A stretch of 64,000 nt of DNA from Abditibacterium sp. (GTDB lineage: Bacteria; Armatimonadota; Abditibacteriia; Abditibacteriales; Abditibacteriaceae): positions 3,872,001 through 3,936,000 of the forward strand of contig CBDASK010000003.1 of NCBI GenBank assembly GCA_965199495.1, given 5' to 3'. Position 1 is the first letter of the stretch, and each line of letters opens with the position of its first letter. Of the stretch, positions 58,144 to 64,000 are shown piece by piece. The notes beneath the pieces are model-generated. The model searched no databases and was not told the origin of the DNA. It was given only the letters and a program-made list of their open reading frames with translations. A program made the translations under genes and the position numbers.

Positions 58144-59043
58144 ATGATGACGCTCGATTCTGTTGCGCTCAGCGACAAGCAAGCCGAGATCGCCGAATTT
58201 TATGCGCGTAACGGCTATTACGTTTTAGCAGACGGCTTTTCTGCCGACGAAATTCAGGCGTTGCGCGACGAAACCGTGCGTATTTGCGCGGGCGAAGTCG
58301 GCGCCGTGGCTGGCGCCGACGGGCGACGGCTCGGCGAAACTGACGACGAACTGTTGCGCCGCTATTTGTGCATTCATTTTCCTCACAAAATTTCGCCGCT
58401 CATGTTTGACGCGCTTTCGCAACCGAATATGGTCGAGGCGCTGACGGCGATGATTGGGCCGAACGTGAAATGTATGCAATCCATGTTGTTCGTTAAAGCG
58501 GCGGGCAAGCCCGGTCAGGCGTGGCATCAGGACGAAGATTACATCCCGACGCGCGACCGCAGTTTGTGCGGCGCGTGGATCGCGATGGACGACGCAACAA
58601 TCGAAAATGGCTGTCTGTGGATAATTCCCGGCAGCCATAAACCCGGCATTTTGTGGCAACAGGAATGGCACGCCGACCGGCGCTTCGACTGTTCATGGGA
58701 AAGTGTGGATTTTCCCTATTCGGATGAAGACGCAATTCCCGTCGAAGTCAAAGCGGGCACCATCGTGTTTTTCAACGGTTACACGCTGCACCGCAGCTTG
58801 CCCAACGTCGCCAAGTCGGGTTATCGGCGCGCTCTGGTTAATCATTACATGAGCGCGCAGTCGTTTTTGCCGTGGTTTGGGCCGCGCGAGGGCGAAAACG
58901 TCATGGCCCAACTCGACATGCGCGACATCGTGATGGTCGCGGGCGCTGATCCTTATGCGAATCGGGGCGTCGAAGAGCGCACAACGCCGCATGTGCGCGC
59001 GGCAGGCGATGGCGGTTGTGGCACGAGCGAATACCAAGATTAG
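58144..59043 (+). CDS. Phytanoyl-CoA dioxygenase family (Fe/2OG) protein
   Basis: WHQD, WIAMDDATIENGCL..IPGSH, LHRS. Confidence 0.92.
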   Translation: MMTLDSVALSDKQAEIAEFYARNGYYVLADGFSADEIQALRDETVRICAGEVGAVAGADGRRLGETDDELLRRYLCIHFPHKISPLMFDALSQPNMVEALTAMIGPNVKCMQSMLFVKAAGKPGQAWHQDEDYIPTRDRSLCGAWIAMDDATIENGCLWIIPGSHKPGILWQQEWHADRRFDCSWESVDFPYSDEDAIPVEVKAGTIVFFNGYTLHRSLPNVAKSGYRRALVNHYMSAQSFLPWFGPREGENVMAQLDMRDIVMVAGADPYANRGVEERTTPHVRAAGDGGCGTSEYQD

Positions 59044-59060
59044 AGGGCACGATGAGAGAA

Positions 59061-59214
59061 GGGGAATATTTTCCACAAAAACGCAAAAACCACAAAGGGC
59101 ACAAAAAATTCAAAAATACTTGGTCGAACTTTCTTCGTTGGAAAATTGTTCTTTAAACCCTTTTGAATTTTTTGTGCCCTTTGTGGTTTTTGCGTTTTTG
59201 TGGAAAATTTCCCC
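59061..59214. repeat. AT-rich inverted-repeat element (CCACAAA..CACAAA family)
   Basis: ttttccacaaaaacgcaaaaaccacaaagggcacaaaaaattcaaaa and its reverse complement at 59161-59208. Confidence 0.88.
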
Positions 59215-59244
59215 CTCAATTTGCTATCTACAACGATGCGTCCG

Positions 59245-59868
59245 CTAACTTTGATCTTCCGGCGTGGCTGCTGTTGGGCGCGGCCCGAATAATTGCGCCA
59301 TCGGCAATTTTAAACCTGCAAATAATTCGGGCGCGAACTCGCCCTCATCGGACAAACTCGCCTCGAAACGATATTCGCCTTCGACCAAATGAAACGCCTG
59401 AAATATCCAGTATTCGGGGTCAATCGTCCAGTAATATTTGACGCCAATTTCGGCGTAGACATCGAACTTGTAAAATCGGTCGGTGTTCTGGCTCGACGGC
59501 GAAACGATTTCGACGACTAAATCGGGCACGGCGCGCAGATATTTGCCGTTCTCGCTTTCGACAACCGCTTCGTCGTTGGTCGCATAATAAATCAAATCGG
59601 GAATCAGCGTGCGATAATTATCGATTTTCAAGTCCACGGGTTGCGGATAAAGCAAACCGTGTCCGCCGCCATCAATCCAAGCTTCGAGAAATTTGAGCAG
59701 ACGGCGGTAAAGTTTCTGGTGGCGAAGTGTAGGTGAGGGCATAAGAATGGGAATTCCGTCGTGCAGTTCGCGCAGTTTGTCGTCGGGCAGGGCGGCGATT
59801 TCGTCATACGTCCATTTTCTCTGGCCGTTAGCAGCCACGGCGGGCGGATGGGGCAATTCGGCAATCAT
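59245..59868 (-). CDS. Uma2 family (PD-(D/E)xK) endonuclease
   Basis: ELHDG, PSP...HQ, IPD, PDLVVEIVSPS, K..VYAEIGVKYYW; start at ATG 59868. Confidence 0.9.
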   Translation of the reverse strand: MIAELPHPPAVAANGQRKWTYDEIAALPDDKLRELHDGIPILMPSPTLRHQKLYRRLLKFLEAWIDGGGHGLLYPQPVDLKIDNYRTLIPDLIYYATNDEAVVESENGKYLRAVPDLVVEIVSPSSQNTDRFYKFDVYAEIGVKYYWTIDPEYWIFQAFHLVEGEYRFEASLSDEGEFAPELFAGLKLPMAQLFGPRPTAATPEDQS

Positions 59869-59943
59869 GATTTGGTTCTCCTCTGTCTGAGAGTTTAATT
59901 CGTTGGCGCGCTTGGCCCCAAAACGGCAACTCCAACCGCGCTC

Positions 59944-60759
59944 ATGTCCCCTCTTCAAACCGGTCTGGTCACCGCCAAGTTCAACGAAAAAATCAAACTC
60001 GCCGATATCAATACGCGCTCGACGGGCGATTACAACGATAAAGACGAAGCCAAAAAGCACTCGGCAGAACTCGTCAAACGCATCGCCAAACTGCAACGCG
60101 CGCTGTTCGCCGAACAAAAGCAAGCGCTTTTAATCGTGCTGCAAGCCACCGATACCGGCGGCAAAGACGGCACGATTCGTCATTTATTAACCGGCGTCAA
60201 TCCGCAGGGCGTGCGCGTGACCGGTTTTGGCGTGCCGACGCCGCTCGAAGCGGCCCACGATTTTCTGTGGCGCGTGCATATCGCGGCGCCCGCGCACGGC
60301 ATGATCGGCGTGTGGAATCGCTCGCACTACGAAGATGTTTTGGTGGTGCGCGTCCACGATTTAGTGCCCGAAAAAGTCTGGAAAGCGCGCTACGAAGCCA
60401 TCAACAACTTCGAGAAAATGTTAAGCCAGAGCGGCACGAAAATCCTCAAGTTCTATCTGCATTTGTCCAAAGATGAACAAAAAGAACGCCTGCAATCTCG
60501 TTTGGACGAGCCGGACAAAAACTGGAAGTTCAAGCCCGCCGATTTAAAAGAACGCGAATCGTGGGACGAATATCAAGCGGCCTATCAAGATATGATCAAC
60601 AAATGCTCGACCGATTGGGCGCCGTGGCACATCGTGCCTGCCGATCGCAAATGGGCGCGCAACGTCGCCATCGCCGAGAAAGTCGTGCAAACGTTGGAAG
60701 CGATGAACCCGCAATATCCGACGGCGGATTTCGACGCGAGCAAAATTGAGATTGATTAG
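59944..60759 (+). CDS. ppk2: Polyphosphate kinase 2 family protein
   Basis: QATDTGGKDG Walker A, HDFLWR, NRSHYEDV, APWHIVPADRKW. Confidence 0.93.
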   Translation: MSPLQTGLVTAKFNEKIKLADINTRSTGDYNDKDEAKKHSAELVKRIAKLQRALFAEQKQALLIVLQATDTGGKDGTIRHLLTGVNPQGVRVTGFGVPTPLEAAHDFLWRVHIAAPAHGMIGVWNRSHYEDVLVVRVHDLVPEKVWKARYEAINNFEKMLSQSGTKILKFYLHLSKDEQKERLQSRLDEPDKNWKFKPADLKERESWDEYQAAYQDMINKCSTDWAPWHIVPADRKWARNVAIAEKVVQTLEAMNPQYPTADFDASKIEID

Positions 60760-60764
60760 GCAGA

Positions 60765-60971
60765 GGTGCCAGCGAATAAATTCGCGGCTGGGGGGCTGAA
60801 GCCGGGCGTCCCCCTGCGGGGACGCGATTACATCTTGTCCGCGAAGGCGGACTTCCGGCTTTAGCCTCTCAGCCGCGAATTTATTCGCTGGCACCGGACG
60901 CAACTGCATCTTGTCCGCGCAGGCGGACTTCCGGCTTTAGCCTCTCAGCCGCGAATTTATTCGCTGGCACC
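60765..60971. repeat. Three-arm palindromic repeat cluster (GCCAGCGAATAAATTCGCGGCT family)
   Basis: Left arm 60765-60823 inverted to 60831-60895, which is directly duplicated at 60907-60971 (65 bp, one mismatch). Confidence 0.9.
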
Positions 60972-60990
60972 AACACGTCATACTTTACTT

Positions 60991-63900
60991 ATGTCGCAAT
61001 CCACCACTTTGCAAACGCCCGATGCCGACTTGCACATTAGAACCATTGATGGCGAGCCGACCACAGATGCCGAGATTTTGCCGCTGCAAAATGGTAAATT
61101 TCCCATTATCGGGTTGGGCGGTTCGGCGGGCGCTATCGAGCCGCTGCAAACCTTTTTTAGCAATATGCCGCCCAATCCCGGCATGGCGTTCGTGGTGATT
61201 ATGCACCTCTCGCCCGATTACGAAAGCAATCTCGATTCGATTTTGGCCAAGGTCACCAAAATGCCAGTGATTCAGGTCAACCAAAACCAGAAAATCGAAG
61301 CCAATCACGTTTACGTGATTCCGCCGACGCATTTGCTTTCGATGGAAGATACCCACATCGAGTTGGCGCAGTTGCAACGCGAAAACGGCAAGCGCGTCGC
61401 GGTTGACTTGTTCTTTCGCGCTCTGGCCGAATCGCAGGAAGCGCGCGCGATTTGTATCGTGTTATCGGGCACCGATTCCGATGGCTCGATTGGACTCAAG
61501 CGCGTCAAAGAGCGCGGCGGACTGACCATCGCGCAGGAACCCGACGAAGCGCAATACGACGAAATGCCGCGCAACGCCATCGAAACCGGCATGGTGGATT
61601 GGATTTTGCCGGTCGCGCAAATGCCCGCGCGTCTGCTCAAAATGTTGAGCAAAGAACCCTCGCTTCGGTTGCCGTCGGTGCATCCGCCGACCCAAGAAAG
61701 CGGAGGCGCCGACGCCGAAACCGCGTTGCGGCAAATTCTCGAATTTCTCGAAGCCAGCACCGGCCACAATTTTATTCATTACAAACGCGCCACGATTTTG
61801 CGGCGCCTCGCGCGCCGTTTGCAGGTCAACGGCTTGGAAGATTTGCCGTCGTATCTGGATTATATGCGCACCAACGCGGGCGAAAGCGTGGCGTTGTTGC
61901 AGGATTTGCTGATTAGCGTCACCAACTTTTTCCGCGATAAAACCGCGTTCGAGGCGCTCGAAATGATGTTGCCCTCGCTGTTGCGCGGCAAAAACGAGAA
62001 CGAGCAAATTCGGGTGTGGGTGTCCGGCTGCGCGACCGGCGAAGAAGCCTATTCGCTCGCGATGATTTTGGCCGAATACGTCGAGAATCACGCGCCCACG
62101 CTCAAAGTGCAGGTGTTTGCCACCGACATAGACACTGGCGCCATCGCCTTTGCGCGCGAGGGTTTGTATCCGACTTCGATTGTCGCCGACGTTTCGCCCG
62201 AACGATTGCGCCGCTTTTTCGTGCCCGAACAGGGCCGCTATCGCATTCGCAAAGACCTGCGCGAAACCGTGTTGTTCGCCGCGCACAACCTGCTGCGCGA
62301 CCCGCCGTTTTCGACGCTCGACTTGATTTCGTGCCGCAACCTGCTGATTTATTTCGGCAGCGAAGCGCAGGAACGCGTCTTCGATACTTTTCATTTCGCG
62401 CTGCGGCCCGGCGGCCATTTGATGTTGGGTTCGAGCGAAGCCGTCGGCGCTTCGCCGCTTTTTAGTCCCTTAGACAAACGCAACCGCATTTTCGAGCGCC
62501 GCGAAATGCCGCGCCCCGCGCTTCCGCTGCAAACTTTGCAAGTGCCAGCGTTGCCACGTCGCCGCAGCACGGCGATTTTGCCCGCGACTTTGCTGCCGCC
62601 CGCGACGCTTGGCGCCACGCCCGGCGACGCCGTGGCTGCACGCGCCGAGGTGCAGGAAGAACGCGGATTTTCTAATTTCGGCGAGCTGCATCTGCAACTT
62701 CTGGAAGAATACGCGCCGCCTTCGATTTTGGTCAACGAAGATTACGACATCGTTCATCTGTCCGACGGCGCCGGGCGATTTTTGCAGTGGGGCGGCGGCG
62801 AAGTCTCGATTAATCTGCTCAAAGTCGCGCCGCCCGAACTGCGTTTGGAACTGCAAACCGCGCTGTTTCAGGCGCTGCAAAGCGGCGAGCGCGTCGAAGT
62901 TCCGCAGTTGCCGGTGCGCACCGATGGCCAACTGCGTTCGGTTCGCCTGATGGTGCGCCCGCTCATGCGCGAGGGCGCGGGCCAGAGTTTTCTGCTGGTG
63001 ATTTTCGAGTTGCAAAGCGAAACGCCTCAACTCGCGCCCATCGCCGATGAGCCTGTCGCGCGCCGCCTCGAAACCGAGTTGCAGCACGTTCGCACCCAAC
63101 TCAAAGCGACTTCGCGGCAATACGAAGTTTCGACCGAAGAACTCAAAGCCTCCAACGAAGAGTTGCAGGCGATGAACGAAGAGTTGCGCAGCGCCACCGA
63201 AGAACTCGAAACCGGCAGGGAAGAGTTGCAATCGGTCAACGAAGAATTGATTACCGTCAACGCCGAGCTAAAACACAAAGTCGAGGAAGTCAGTCTGGCC
63301 AACAGCAACCTCAACAACTTGATGGCTTCGACCGAAATCGCCACGATTTTTCTGGATCGCGTGGGCCGCATCCGGCGCTACACGCCGCGCGCCATCGAAC
63401 TGTTTCACCTGATTCCGACCGACGTTGGCCGACCTCTGGCCGATTTGCGCCACAAATTTCGCTACGAAGATTGGGCCAGAGACGCGCAGAAAACCTTGGC
63501 CGATCTGTCGGTTATCGAACACGAAGTGCGCACGCAAGACGGCCAATGGTTTTTGTCGCGGATGCTGCCGTATCGCACCGTCGAAGACCACATTGATGGT
63601 GTGGTATTAACTTTCGTGGACATCACCGCGCGCAAGAACGCCGAGGAAGCCACGCGCTCCAGCGAAGAACGTTTTCGCCTGCTGGTCGGGGGCGTGCAGG
63701 ATTACGCGATTTTCCTGTTCGACGAAAACGGCACCATCACCAGTTGGAATTCGGGCGTCGAGCGCGTGTTGGGCTACCGACAATCGCAGTGGATCGGGCG
63801 CAACTGGAACATTTTGTTTCCGCCCGACGAGCGGTATAAATGCGCCGAAATTATGGAGCGGGCGCGCAATAACAACGGCGCGGTCAGCGAACGCTGGGAA

Positions 63901-64000
63901 TTGCGCGCCGACGGCTCGCAGTTTTGGGCGAGCAACGTCACCAACGCGCTTTTCGACGCCAACGACAATTTGCGCGGTTACGTGAAAATCGTGCGCGACA
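60991..64000 (+). CDS. CheB methylesterase-CheR methyltransferase-PAS fusion (probable sensor kinase), 3' truncated
   Basis: Translated from ATG 60991: GLGGSAG, IMHLSP, LSGTDSDG (CheB); ISVTNFFRD, GCATGEEAYS, SCRNLLIYF (CheR); SNEELQAMNEE coil; PAS; open to window end, so missing from ORF track. Confidence 0.92.
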   Translation, partial: MSQSTTLQTPDADLHIRTIDGEPTTDAEILPLQNGKFPIIGLGGSAGAIEPLQTFFSNMPPNPGMAFVVIMHLSPDYESNLDSILAKVTKMPVIQVNQNQKIEANHVYVIPPTHLLSMEDTHIELAQLQRENGKRVAVDLFFRALAESQEARAICIVLSGTDSDGSIGLKRVKERGGLTIAQEPDEAQYDEMPRNAIETGMVDWILPVAQMPARLLKMLSKEPSLRLPSVHPPTQESGGADAETALRQILEFLEASTGHNFIHYKRATILRRLARRLQVNGLEDLPSYLDYMRTNAGESVALLQDLLISVTNFFRDKTAFEALEMMLPSLLRGKNENEQIRVWVSGCATGEEAYSLAMILAEYVENHAPTLKVQVFATDIDTGAIAFAREGLYPTSIVADVSPERLRRFFVPEQGRYRIRKDLRETVLFAAHNLLRDPPFSTLDLISCRNLLIYFGSEAQERVFDTFHFALRPGGHLMLGSSEAVGASPLFSPLDKRNRIFERREMPRPALPLQTLQVPALPRRRSTAILPATLLPPATLGATPGDAVAARAEVQEERGFSNFGELHLQLLEEYAPPSILVNEDYDIVHLSDGAGRFLQWGGGEVSINLLKVAPPELRLELQTALFQALQSGERVEVPQLPVRTDGQLRSVRLMVRPLMREGAGQSFLLVIFELQSETPQLAPIADEPVARRLETELQHVRTQLKATSRQYEVSTEELKASNEELQAMNEELRSATEELETGREELQSVNEELITVNAELKHKVEEVSLANSNLNNLMASTEIATIFLDRVGRIRRYTPRAIELFHLIPTDVGRPLADLRHKFRYEDWARDAQKTLADLSVIEHEVRTQDGQWFLSRMLPYRTVEDHIDGVVLTFVDITARKNAEEATRSSEERFRLLVGGVQDYAIFLFDENGTITSWNSGVERVLGYRQSQWIGRNWNILFPPDERYKCAEIMERARNNNGAVSERWELRADGSQFWASNVTNALFDANDNLRGYVKIVRD

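Noticed and set aside
60765..60971. Possible CRISPR array
   Set aside because: Only two 65 bp direct copies with an 11 bp gap plus an inverted arm; no spacers or cas genes

Overview
A 64 kb GC-rich (about 57-58% by eye) bacterial chromosome segment. Gene content and style suggest a diderm Terrabacterium, possibly Abditibacteriota/Armatimonadota (inference). Order of content: surface-polysaccharide genes (sugar transferase, epimerase, DegT aminotransferase, methyltransferase, GT4/GT2, AsnB-like amidotransferase, RDD-GT-C-like fusion) with an inserted PIN toxin-antitoxin-like pair; housekeeping genes (tpiA, pgk, pth, trpF, tRNA-Met, mdh, gap, dapA, UDG, RNase J, PPK2); an SLH/Wzi-like outer-membrane protein; an accessory block (HEAT-like protein, frameshifted TPR gene, eukaryote-like N6-adenineMlase-family methyltransferase, REP-flanked RAYT); a sugar-utilisation locus (two ABC systems, GalM, GH2, GH51); and a CheB-CheR-PAS fusion running off the end. 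The strongest unexplained signal is a non-palindromic motif (core AGCCACG, extended GCAGCCACGGCG) found about once per kb on both strands, mostly inside genes and in several reading frames, resembling a DNA uptake sequence. The intergenic spaces also hold about eight unrelated families of inverted-repeat (REP/REPIN-like) elements. No CRISPR array or rRNA was seen.
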